DNA of 64,000 nucleotides from Phoronis australis (Eukaryota > Animalia > Phoronida), in assembly GCA_002633005.1 (NCBI GenBank), contig NMRA01000757.1, positions 30,990-94,989 of the forward strand, read 5' to 3'. Positions 14,201-26,200 of the stretch are shown here, piece after piece. The notes under the pieces were generated by a model. The model was given only the letters and a program-made list of their open reading frames with translations. It was not told the DNA's origin and made no database searches. A program made the translations under genes and the position numbers. How positions within the stretch are numbered: the first letter of the stretch is position 1; the number at the start of each line of letters is the position of its first letter.

Positions 14201-16280
14201 NNNNNNNNNNNNNNNNNNNNNNNNNNNNNCCAGCACTGGCGATCCGCCTGTACCGCTGCGACTGCGATGCCACATAGTGGTGTATCGACCCATTTAATAG
14301 CATAGTACTGTGATGTGGGAATGAAAGTGTCATTGACAAAACATGCAACATTCTTTATTCAGGGAGCAGGGGCGAATCCAAGATTTTGAGTTGCGGGGTG
14401 GGCAGGGCAGAATATTCGCCAGGGTTTTGCCTGTTAGACATTCGCACCCCTGAATTGTCAAATGGGATCTGGAAGAATTTTAGGGCGGGGCATGACCCCG
14501 TTGCCCCCCCCCCCTTAAATCCGCCACTGGCATGGACCCATACGTGTACAAACATTGATCTTCAATGCATGGGAATGTTCTTTTAACATATTTAAAACTG
14601 CTTGTAACGACATCTAATAGTTCAATGATCACATGATCTGTATAGCATATATCGAGGATGACCTGAAGGGATTATTTGAGCGCCTTATAGCAACGTTGAG
14701 CCGCTAAGATTTGCCGCGGGATGTGGATCTCGCCTGTACATTTCTCAACGGTCAATGACTTCCACACAATGACGCGACTCAGAGCACAAGCCCTAGTAAA
14801 ATCTTAAGTAACCCATTTATGTTTGTTTAATTAGCGAAACTCTTGGTCTCATTTTTATTTGCACAACGTTTATTTATAAAGCGATAAATTATTACTCGGC
14901 AGGGACAAGATGGTGCAAGACTTTAGCGCCGTCTGATGTCAGTCACAATGACTACGGCTCAGAGAAAAATGTGGACAAATGTTGTCAACGACTGCACTCA
15001 TGCAACCAAACTATTGATGGTAAGTCGCTACTTTTTCAAGTATGGCATAAGTAACATATTTTGAATGGTGTGACTTGATTTTTTCAAAATTTTCAATCAA
15101 ACGTAAAAGGTTAGAAACTGCAGTATAGAACACAGTATACGGAACAGATGGAATTTCATGTTGTCAATTTCTGGATAAAAATAAATTTTCTAGAAAAATT
15201 ACAATGCCACAAGAATCTGAAAAATATAAATATGGTAATTTTAGCAATTATTTTCGCCTCCATTTAAAGAATTTTTACCCTTGGTGTTAAAACAGTTCTT
15301 AACATTACCATACCATCAAGAAATACAATTAATGACATTCCTTGGCCAATACTATTTTGAATACAGCAGGACTTGGACTAATGGTTAGCTAAAAAGCATA
15401 GTTGGTTCTTGTTTCGAACTGGAATTCTTCTTAGTTGCTCACTTCTTTAAAAAAGAGAATCCACCTTAGAAAAGCAAAAATGATCCAGAATTTGCTTTTA
15501 CTCATCACTAGGCACTTCAAACCTTGATTTCGTGAAATTTGAGCAGCTTACCAAAAACACAAGAATTTGGCTAAAATTCAAGTGATTCCGGTGGCCACAA
15601 GTCTCAAACTGAGTTTGGGTAGAGACCAGGTTGTGCAAAATCTATGGTGATATCAGGCAATGCACAATTTTAGATTCCCAAGGTATGCTAACATTAAAAT
15701 CTCACCAATTACAGACAAATTGCCAAAATTTCCATTTTCAGACCTTTTAAGGCCTCTTGAAAATTCTGGACACCCAACAATGTTAAAACATTGTTGGGTG
15801 TCCAGAAGTTTTCAAAACATTCTCTTATAGTAGCTTTGGTACAGAACTTGAACATGGAAAAGTAGTAGTTTGGCATCTTTATTACAGGAAGTGGAAAATA
15901 AAATTCACTTCTCTGCCACAATATGGCCTAAAATTATAAGTTTATCATAGCTATACAGATCTAAGAGAAACATTTTAACTATTCAGTTATCAATTTTATA
16001 ACTTTCATCAACTCTTGTTTCAGCACTGCGAGCCAATCATCAACTCTTCAACTATCACACGTTCAAATTACCCTCCTGTGAGTGTGTGCAAGCGTTTAAA
16101 GATTGTCTTCAAAAAATCAAAGGTCACGTGGCTAAACACGTGCGCCACCTATACTTTGATGTGGTAGGACTGACCTGTTACAAAATGAAAGATGTAAACA
16201 CCTGTGTCCAGTGGAATAAGTGGTACAAAACATGTAGGAAACAGAGAGTGACACAAGAAGCCAAGAGAATTGTGCTGTAA
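10975..16280 (+). CDS. Secreted group III phospholipase A2-like protein, likely catalytically inactive (gene span; 5 exons, 266 aa)
   Basis: Exons 10975-11229, 12736-12828, 13481-13559, 14903-15019, 16024-16280 join in frame (801 nt) with GT-AG sites. Group III PLA2 cysteine scaffold GTRWC..DKCC....C..SCEC...F..CL...YF......CY. An extra exon could lie in gap 13970-14229. Confidence 0.85.
11330..11385 (-). mobile_element. tRNA-derived SINE head remnant (tentative)
   Basis: Minus strand AGAGCATTAGG...GGGTTCGATTCACCGC, B-box-like; no full cloverleaf. Confidence 0.3.
11880..12170. repeat. Degenerate inverted-repeat (foldback) element
   Basis: CGAAAATCGAATTAGGCTTTACT... vs ...AGTAAAAGACCTAATTCGATTTTCG. 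Confidence 0.6.
12736..12828 (+). CDS. PLA2-like exon 2
   Basis: CAG|ALAGKVGDERVVQEMDVTKLGRQCKKFLRDM|GTAAAT, phase 0/0. Confidence 0.65.
13481..13559 (+). CDS. PLA2-like exon 3 (basic linker)
   Basis: TGTAG|KRKKVDDRSGVVKDFRKFREMKEGVS|GTAAAT; phase 0/1 is exactly what bridges exons 2 and 4. Confidence 0.6.
13970..14229. other. Assembly gap (N run)
   Basis: Ns. Confidence 1.
14367..14529. mobile_element. MITE (CAGGGGCGRATCC...AATCCGCCACTG family), copy 1
   Basis: CAG...CTG termini with G/C-run subterminals; homologous to 16330-16496; a related end starts at about 13740. Confidence 0.75.
14903..15019 (+). CDS. PLA2-like exon 4 (degenerate Ca-loop and active-site helix)
   Basis: CAG|GTRWCKTLAPSDVSHNDYGSEKNVDKCCQRLHSCNQTID|GTAAGT. 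Confidence 0.85.
16024..16280 (+). CDS. PLA2-like terminal exon 5
   Basis: TTTCAG|ALRANHQLFNYHTFKLPSCECVQAFKDCLQKIKGHVAKHVRHLYFDVVGLTCYKM...CVQWNKWYKTC...IVL*. Confidence 0.85.
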
Positions 16281-16329
16281 ATAATGCAGCGTGCTCATAT
16301 AATCACCAAAGCAGAAGAGTTGCTAAACT

Positions 16330-16496
16330 CGGGCGGATCCAGGATTTTGAGTTAGGGAGGGGGGGCCCGGGCAGAGTATTAGCCAAGATTTTGCCCGTCA
16401 GAGATTCGCACCCCCCAACTACCAAATGAAATCAGAGAGAATTTTAGGGGGGGGGGTGACCATTAACCCCTTGGCCCCCCTCTAAATCCGCCACTG
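16330..16496. mobile_element. MITE, copy 2 (in the presumed PLA2-like 3' UTR)
   Basis: GGGCGGATCCAGGATTTTGAGTT...TAAATCCGCCACTG, colinear with 14367-14529. Confidence 0.75.
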
Positions 16497-17064
16497 CAAC
16501 TAATAAGAAAGTACACAATTATAATGATATTGACAGATTTATAAGTCGTGTTTAAATGTACAAATTTCACCTATACATAATACGTCACAAAGTATTGTAA
16601 TAGCGACGAACATTTTCAGCTTTTTTAAATTACAACTTATGCTATGTACAATTCACAGAAGGCTGTCTGTTAATATGATTATAAATAGGGCTACTGGCAT
16701 ATTTACATTGAATAAATACTACTTGTTAGCACCTAAATGACGTATGTACAAAACTGATTTTTGAAAATAATTAATATGTACAGTTAACAATAAAGACGTC
16801 ATCATTTGGTTGCGTGATTTGACCAATCGCTGCTTTCATGTATCAGAGCATCTTGTGTCCACCGGTGTCCTGCGATACTATCACTGACCATCAACATTAG
16901 CTGACCAGCCATCTCTGACTGGTGCTCCATGGCCACTTGACTTGAAAATTGACCGATTACGTCATGTGAAATTTTGAAAACTTACACAAACAATGGCACG
17001 CAATTTCTAACTTTTTTGTGTCAAGTCTCGACTAAAATTTGGAGGTCGTGGATTTCAATGCTGT

Positions 17065-17205
17065 TCATTCACCAAGAACTTTGAGGATTGAGGTAACGTT
17101 CTCCATACATTGTTTAAGTTGAGACGAACTACCATCGCTAACAATGGCTGCCTTGACCTCGTAGAGTCTGGCAAACACACCAAGATTCTTCATAAGCACA
17201 CGTGT
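17065..17205 (-). CDS. RTTN: RTTN terminal exon
   Basis: TRVLMKNLGVFARLYEV...CMENVTSILKVLGE*; TGA at 17065-17067. Confidence 0.87.
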   Translation of the reverse strand, partial: TRVLMKNLGVFARLYEVKAAIVSDGSSSQLKQCMENVTSILKVLGE

Positions 17206-20200
17206 CTGAAAAAGTAAGCCATGAAAGTAAACAAGAGCAACGCGTTAATATGCGCCCAGTGTGTGCATCACAGATACATGATTATGCGCCCAGTGTGTGC
17301 ATCACAGATAAAAGATTATGCGCCCAGTGTGTGCATCACAGATAAAAGATTATGCGCCCAGTGTGTGCATCACAGATAAAAGATTATGCACCCAGTGTGT
17401 GCATCACAGATAAAAGATTATGCGCCCAGTGTGTGCATCACAAATAAAAGATTATGCGCCCAGTGTGTGCATTACAGATAAAAGATTATGTGCCCAGTGT
17501 GTGCATCACAGATAAAAGATTATGCGCCCAGTGTGTGCATCACAGATACAAGATTATGTGCCCAGTGTGTGCATCACAGATACAAAATTCACATGGAATT
17601 GAAAGATAACTTGTGCTTCATTGCTGGCGGCTCAACTAATCCTGCGGATTTCTTAAAAGTCCTCACAAGATATCCCGACGCATTACAAGCACAGCACATA
17701 ATTTCATGAACTTTGACTCTTGAACATTTTGTGTAATGTAACATGCTATTGGTTGCCTTCCACGTCAACGGATAACGACATCCTATAATGGTAACGCAAA
17801 TTTTAGTACAATAAAAGCCAAAAGTATTCAGACGCGATAACCCTGAGTTTCAATACGGAAGTTCAGTGGTGACTGGATAATGGTACACATTCTAACAAGA
17901 TTGCACCCACCTTTTGACTGTTATGCAGCAGTGCCCACAGTGCTGAAGAAGCAAGGGTCTTTTCCTTGTCACCACCAGAGGTCAGCTTACTCAACAAAAA
18001 CTTCAGGAAGTCACCTGTAACAGAAATAATAACAAAATGTGCAATTTCTCAGCTTCTTGATTTTGCCATTAATTAGAAACCTCGAGGTGCAACAATTTCA
18101 TTTCCCAACCAATAACTTGTAATAATTCTTATCGGTTTACTTTTATGACCATATTCTTTTGTGTGTGGACCAGTGGGGGACAAAGATGAGTGTTAGTAAT
18201 AGCACTGTTTGCACCATAGGATGGTTAAGCTGGTGCAATTAGAATTCTTATCTTAATTATCTAAAGAATCCCTAAAGAATTTGGAGATATTGGTTGCACT
18301 GTGACACAGGCTGTAACTTTAGTGTTGATGAGGATAATATAGTCAGACTTACTGTGTGAGAGTAACTTGGTCTTCTTGGTTGCATTGTGACACAGGCTGT
18401 AACTTTAGTGTTGATGAGGATAATATAGTCAGACTTACTGTATGAGAGTAACTTGGTCTTATTGGTTGCATTGTGACACAGGCTGTAACTTTAGTGTTGA
18501 TGAGGATAATATAGTCAGACTTACTGTGTGAGAGTAACTTGGTCTTATTGGTTGCATTGTGACACAGGCTGTAACTTTAGTGTTGATGAGGATAATATAG
18601 TCAGACTTACTGTGTGAGAGTAACTTGGTCTTATTGGTTGCATTGTGACACAGGTTGTGGAGAATGACGAGAGCTGGCTGACAGAGGGCAGCACTGTTAG
18701 AGTCACCAAACTCAAGGAGCAGGTTTAAGGAATCTGAAACAAAACCATAATCCATGTTAATATTTAAAAAAATACTTCAGCAGCAAAAAATTGCTAATTT
18801 TGCGTTACTTTGACACCAGGACTTTGACATGTTGTCTACTCCTACAGTACACAATAAAAGAAAAATACCGTTTTCCCGTGTCACTCTAGCACTTGTGCTC
18901 AGCTATTTTTGGTGTTTACTGTAAAATGTTAAAAAAGTCACTGCAGCAAACGCAAGAATATTTCTGATTTCTGATGTCAGCGCCAGACTTGTAGCTTTAA
19001 ATTTGTTCAGGTGCTATCATTTATTCAGAGATCACAACTTCTAGACATCATATCTCATTACACTGAGTTACTATTGATTTCCAACTGTTAATGGCGCCAC
19101 AAATGAGATTAGTGACTTGTGCACCTGTATGGCCACCTCAACAGTTAATAACAAGATATTTCTCCCACAATTACTACACCCTCACAGCACAGATAACTAC
19201 GGGGTGTTCAAAAATACCAGTGTCTTAGTTTAGTGAGATTGTGAAATATGACGCTTTGTTTTCTCAGTGAGCTTGTTTGCTCAGAAGCATACACAAAAAG
19301 ATGGCTACTGTGAGTATTGAATTATGGGATTATAAGGATCCATTACGGCGTTCTCCCGTTCAGTGACTTTACCAGACGTAGGGGGTTGTGAGCGTGTGAT
19401 AACATCTAGCTCCTTTGTTAGCTGCCAAGTACAGTTTTTGGCTGGTATGAGAACAGGCAGGCCAATTATCTACCAGGCTTATTACAGACCACGTGTGAAC
19501 ACAGTCAAACCCAGAGCGAATTGGTATGTTCGGAAAGAATAGCTTGTCGTAACTTCAGTTGTAGTTGGGAGATTTTGGCGATTCAAAAACTAAACGTGAT
19601 CAGCATCTGATGAGGAATTCAGAAATGGTTTATGTTCAAATATATTATAACATAACTTTTATTTTTAACAGCGCAGCCAAGTCAGGCTAGATACGATCTT
19701 ATTGAAGATTAAAGCAATTATCGAACAAAAGAGAGCTGGCCCTCCAACCATAAATTTAAATGCCAGAGTTAATCAGTCATGTAAGATATTGGCTACAGGG
19801 GTCATCTTCCCAACTTGTTGCTGGGCTATAGAATCGAACAAGTTGGGAGCAACAGGAAAATGCCGTAATGTCAGAAACAATGGTAATGTTCACTTTTCTT
19901 GTTACATCAGCCAAGATCCCTGGTAGAGAGAGTCTCTCGCATTACAGATCAAACCTCCTATAATAGTGAAAACTCAGAACAAATGAATCATAGTTTAAGA
20001 CACAGCAATGTATGTCTGATCTGTGCCCTGTCTGACAATTGACCTCACCGTTCACTTTCATAATCATCTGCTGTCCTTCTGAATGGAAGGACAGATTAAC
20101 AAACAAATCCAACCATAGAACCTCAAGAGTCTGTTTGACTTTTGACTTCTTGGACATGTGAGGTCTCAGCGAAGAAAACCCATGAAGAAAATTGCTCTGT

Positions 20201-23200
20201 AAGTGGATGCAAACATTTTTCTTTATTTACAAAAATCAAGGAAATTTGGAAATTAAAGCAGAGTTCAGAAAAATTTAGTCAATAGTTTTTTAAAAACTGA
20301 AGCAAGTCTGAAAAACTAGGTAAATGAGGACGTTACTAACTGAGATGAATATGGCAAAATATGTAAAAAATAGTCTAAAAACAATTTTTGTCTTAAAATT
20401 CAGATTGTTTACAGACACATTCTTTCTGTCAGGTTTAAGTATCTTTCCAAGTCTCATCAAGTATCCTTGAAACTGTAGCAAAAACCTTCAAAGAAACTAG
20501 ACAAAGATTAATCATTAAATCATTCAAAATTAGCCAAAAGCAGGTTTTTGACACGAACATTTGGCCATTTCATCACCTTTTACGCAACCATGGATCACAG
20601 TACAAGGCTCAAGTTGTATACTATACCTTCCACATGACTCCCCTGCATTCAGTGGACAGAGCCAGTGTTGTTAGCAGTGAGAAGGTAGACTTGAGTGTAT
20701 TCAGTTTGGACCTACAGGTGTCCTTCTTGGACAGAGTGATCAGGCAGTGGACCAGTGAGTTTGAGCTCAGTCTACCAGAGGGCGCATCAGTAGCGGACAC
20801 AGCGCTGCTGGAGGCCAGGGAACTGGCAGCTTGAAGAAACCAAGAGCAACAAAAATTACGAACAAATACCTTTCTTTTTTAGAAATATGCATAATGTTAA
20901 ATAGAAGTTTCTGATCTTAAAGAACAAGTAGCAATTAGTACATAACAAGGAAATTTCATTATATTTTAAAATTAACATAACTTAGATCTTGGAACAGTTC
21001 TCAGCCACACCAGTGAAAGCTTCAATAAGCAATTATAGTTAATTCTGATGAAATTTGTCCACGTCAAATATAAAACTGCGTTTATTATAATTACACGTTG
21101 TCCGAATGAGGGGGTTATGGCAAACTTTGCACACGCAGTTTCATTTCAACTGTGTTTAATAACAATCAGAATATGACAGCTTGACAAACCTTGGGCACAG
21201 TGGGCAGTGTACGTTGCCAGTAACTCCAGGACAGTGGTCATCAGATGTGTGTCCAACTGGCACCATGACCACAACTTATGGACAACGTTGGCCAGACCAG
21301 CCTCACAGGCAACAATCTGTTAAAGGGAAACACGAGGCAACTAAAGTAGTTTGAAGGAACGCTGTCTTGTTATTTAGAACTTGTGGTCTGTCTCATGAAA
21401 GTGATTTATTGGACTAAGACAGAAATACTGTCTAATACGCCTACCTTACAATTTGTGAACAAAGGTCTAGCCAAGTAATTATGAGAGCATCAAAGTCTAA
21501 AAATAATTTATATAAATTATGAGACTAGAAATTACGTGTATATTCTCAGACATTGTACTTCAGCTCAAGTGAGATTTCATTAATAATTTTTCGGAAATAA
21601 TTATGTGGATCGTAAGACCAAACTTCGCACTAAGTCTTAAGTCCCTTCTCATGAAACAGAACCCCTAGGGCAGTGTTACCAAAATGCTGTGACACTTGCG
21701 CTATCATATCTCCGTTCACGAAACGGAAATCATGAATTTTCCTTCATACTTAAACATTCCAGTGGTCAGGTAAGCAAGCATTGTCCTGAGCTTAAAGGAG
21801 AATGCCACCCGATTTAATTAGTCTTTTTTTCCGTCTTAATTGGTCTACATCCACATCGCCTCGCATACGGTCGACCCTACCTTGCCAAGAGGCGTCGCGT
21901 TAACCTGTGAGGAAGGTGAGAAACGACGCTAGTGAAATCAGTGGTTCATATACAGAGTGAATGCCGCTATGTTGCGGTGCATCGTTCCCGCTTGTCCGAA
22001 CTAAGCAGCTGCGAGGAAAGCGGGTATATCGTTTTTTTACTTCCTCGAGAGTCCGAAATGCTTAGGAAGTGGCTCACGGTAGTGAAGACTGAAATGTATG
22101 CTGTAAATAGCAAGTATGAGGCCGTGAAACATCTCCATGTCTGTGGCCTGCAGACGTCTCGACAATGCCCGACGAATGCTGGCTTACTAAATAACTCCAT
22201 ACGTTCCGTTGTCTGAGCTTGTTCACGGTGCCTCTTTAGTATCTCTTCATCACTGTATTCCTGTTCGAATTGATAGCCTGTAAAACTTAACGACCCACCT
22301 GCGAAGTCGGGACTGATGAGCTCTAGCTCGTCCTAAGTCGGGATTGCGAGTTGCCATCGTTGGCGTTTATTACTGAGCGTTCTGTTTCAAAATGAATTAT
22401 TCTCACCCTAACCAATTCTTATATAAAACTGAAACAAAGTCTATCTCATTAGATGCAATTTGTAATGCCTTTGGAGTGTTCGTGAGTGCAAGTGATTTGA
22501 GAAGCCAGCAATGAATAAACCACTTTAGGTGCAATAAAACTAATTGACGGGACACCTAGGCCGTGTGAGCTCATAAGCTAATTTAGTGTTTGCTGGCAGA
22601 AACTGTTGTGAAACAACTCGATTTCCATCCCACGGCCAGGTGTTGGGGGAATCTTTATTTACATTTACATTACTCAAATAATGATTGTCAATGTACAACT
22701 TCTGCCCTGACTGTCGGTGCTGTGGCCAAAGCGGAACCTGAATTCGTGGCCCCCTACGAGTAAGTAGATTTGCAGTTTCGTGGCTAATTCACCAACATAA
22801 TCAGGTGCACATTACTTTGGCTCACTAGTATAGTATTTTCTTGACTGGAAGTTTAGTTTCCACTGAACTTTGGCTGGTTTATGTTTGTGATGTCTGATCA
22901 GTTTCCGAGCCACTGGCAGGGATAACGAGTCAATCCGGCCGGCCGCGACGGGCCTGATCCGGTTCCGAGCCACTGGCCAGGATAACAAGCGTTCTGTGTT
23001 TAGAACTCCAAAAATCACAAGTCTAAACAACACAGATCTAGGTTCTCCTGTCTGTATCTCACGGAAAATACTTCGAAATTATCTCTGAACAGACCTCAAA
23101 CTCCTGCTACGGACCATATTGGCCTGCCGAACCGTTGTAGGCTATGGTGTAACAGGGTGCTGTATTTTTAAGGGTTTTACATCGAAGTTTGATGATTTAT

Positions 23201-26200
23201 TGGTGTTAAACGATGACTTCAAGTGATAAGCTGACACCAGTAACCCGTGTTCTGAACTGCTGAACAGACTGCGTGTGAAACCTTTGACGTCATTGGATAA
23301 TTTCAACACCTCCGTCTGCCGTCAGGTGTCAGGTAACGCAACCGTATGTGTCCTTATGGAGAAGAAATACTCGATCTAAATTGATACAAATTAGGTTGTT
23401 TTTTGGGTGGCATGCTCCTTTAAACCTTTCATTTGTCATCTTCCGTCCAGTTAACACGCCTCAGATATGTCAAAAAAATGATCAAGAATTATTTACGTTA
23501 CGTAAAAATATGAAATTCTGGGCACTGGCGAGTAAAATAGGGGTGAAAAAGCCAAAGGTTGTGGCCAATCTAGATTGCTTTACATTAATCTGTCATTTTG
23601 AAGATCACACACTTCCCAGTCCTGTGGGAACTTTGGGTGCAAGATTTTCTCAACCAAATGTTCGTTCTGAACACCAATTGGACGTAAATCAAGACTTGAT
23701 CATAAAAAATGAAACCTAGTTGAATGTTTACACGAGACTTTCAAAATCGTTCACAAGAGGTCGCCCCAGTTGCTTCATGATCTTATCGCAGTAAGACAAA
23801 ATACAAATAAGACAGTCATACCAAGACATAATTCTATACATTTTGGCAGCCGATCTTTTAAATACTATGCTGCTGTCATGTGAAATCGTCTTAGTGAGGA
23901 AATACTGTCATGCACTGACATATCAGAGATTAAATATTTCCTCTCAACTCGGGATGGTCCAGCTTGTAGATTTGTCGGTTGTAGAGTGTAAGATTGTTCT
24001 ACCTTTTTTTTGTTCTGTTACTGCATCAGGTTTTTAATTTTAATTTTAAAATCTTAGATCTAAATTTTGTAATTTGTTAATCTAAATAGTGTTGGTTGTC
24101 AATTCTCTTAAAAACAAATCTGTATCTGTAGTGGTTTAGTCTTAACTGCAGCCAGCCTCAAGTATCACTTACCTTTGCCTCCTGACTTTGAAACAGCAGG
24201 TTCCTCATTAGATCCAATAGTTGACACAGCTCAATGATCATTGGGTTGTCCTGGATGATAAGGCATTACAATGAATAACAATGGCATTCACACACATGCA
24301 CATTAGTCAGGTTTTCTTGATAGTGGACAACACATAGCTATATACACAGTAAATGTGCACTCGGATCCAACTAAACCAGCAGATTTGATTCAAATACGGC
24401 TAAATCTAACTTGAGCTTGAACAAAGCTTCATCCAGGTCAAGCAAAGATTTGATTAAAATAATTAAAGTTCTACTGTGCTACAACGCGTCCCCTGACACA
24501 ATAACCTTTATGTATTAGGTCAGTCGTTAATCACCCTTGCTCAATGTTTCATAACATGCAACTAGAACTGTACCTTTTTGTTACTCTGAACTGGACCAAT
24601 CTGCAGACAGTTCAAGTTGAGTTCAACATGAACATTACGGATCTCCTCCATGACAGACTCCACAAAGCCAGCTGAAGGAAAACAAGCAAAGATTTGATTA
24701 ATCACCCTTGCTCAATGTTTCTCCTCCATGACAGACTCCACAAAGCCAGCTGAAGGAAAACAACAGGACTAAAATGAAATGAGCCTCGTAGTAAAATATA
24801 AAATAAAACTCTGGTATTTTTTATTTTTCATATCTTACAATTACTGTGCTTGTCCATCCGAGATTATCTATGAAACATACATTACAAATTATCAAAATAT
24901 TACTAACTGAGTAATACGATAACATGTCCTACACACGGCAATTTAAATTGGGAGGGGCATGGTCAACCACTACGCCACACTACCTTCACAAGTTAGATAA
25001 AAGTACAAAATAAAATAAACTGATTTGTGAGAGATAGAGCCATTGATCCAAACTTGGCATTAACTATTTACATGGAGAACTGCACAAGCCTGTTTATCAC
25101 CAATACATCAGACTAAAACTAAGCAAATATCGATTGTCAAAATATCCAAGCCAAATTACAATATCTCATTCCTCTACTCTATCTGCACATGCACGAATTA
25201 AGACCCAAATAAATAAAAGGCATGCAACTGTCCTGTAGAATGAACACCTTGCGAGCGAGTAGTAGACACCTGTGCGTAACTCACCATCTACTGCAGCCTG
25301 AGTGGCTGACCTACTGGTCACTAACAGCCCTTTGAGAGCATGCAACACCAGTGATCTGTCCACATCTGAAGTCACCTCAGCTGGCTTGTTGACAACACAC
25401 TCAAACAGCTGAATCAGAGCATGACATAGCTGTACACCACGTGCAGGGGTGAAGAGGTCACTGGCCTCCTCATTGGCTGAAATGGAAAGCACTGGATATG
25501 CTAATACTCAAGTTTGCAAATATGCTGACAGAATTTGGTCAAAATTTCCGTTGCAACAAAACCCCAGTAGCGGACCAAATGCAAAATCTTCAGCAAATTA
25601 ATAAATTTTTGCCCCAAAACTTCATTGCTTATTGATGAGATGGGACAACTACCTTTTTTGGAAAATCAATTAGTCGTCATTTTGAAAACAAGCAGCACAA
25701 GTCCCTGTCACAAATCAAGCAGTACACGTCCCTGCCACAAATCTTTCACTTCAAATAGTTACCATAAAGCCCCTCGAGTAAATCCCCTCAACCTGCCCAA
25801 ACAGTCCTTTACCATCCCTTAACGTCCGCAATGTCACAAATTAATGAGGCATATTATAAACAAACTACCACTCTCAGCAAAATCACAAAGTGCACACATT
25901 GTGGAAAACGTAAAACCAGACAATCAGTTTCCACACAGTAATGATGGTCTTACTTATCCCACATTTGACACTAACACTCTCAACGTACCTGGCAGGTAAG
26001 CATGGTCCAGGTGTGTAGACAGGTGTGACTTGTTCCCTGAAGTGTGTGTTAGTCTTGCTTCCTCAAGCAATAGCAGACCCAGGAAGTGTAGAGCTGTGTT
26101 GGTAAGGGGGGTGTGTACGGAGGGCTGAAGGAACGATACAAGACAATCTGGAAGGAAGGGAAAGCAAAGAAATTGGCGCATTTGTTACATGGATTTACAA

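Noticed and set aside
13913-14351. Long ORFs spanning the first N run (same for 46701-47454)
   Set aside because: Artefacts of assembly gaps.
19608-19630. CTGATGAGGAATTCAGAAA, and CTGATGAG at about 22314, as hammerheads
   Set aside because: The first has no viable stem II or NUH; the second has no GAAA.
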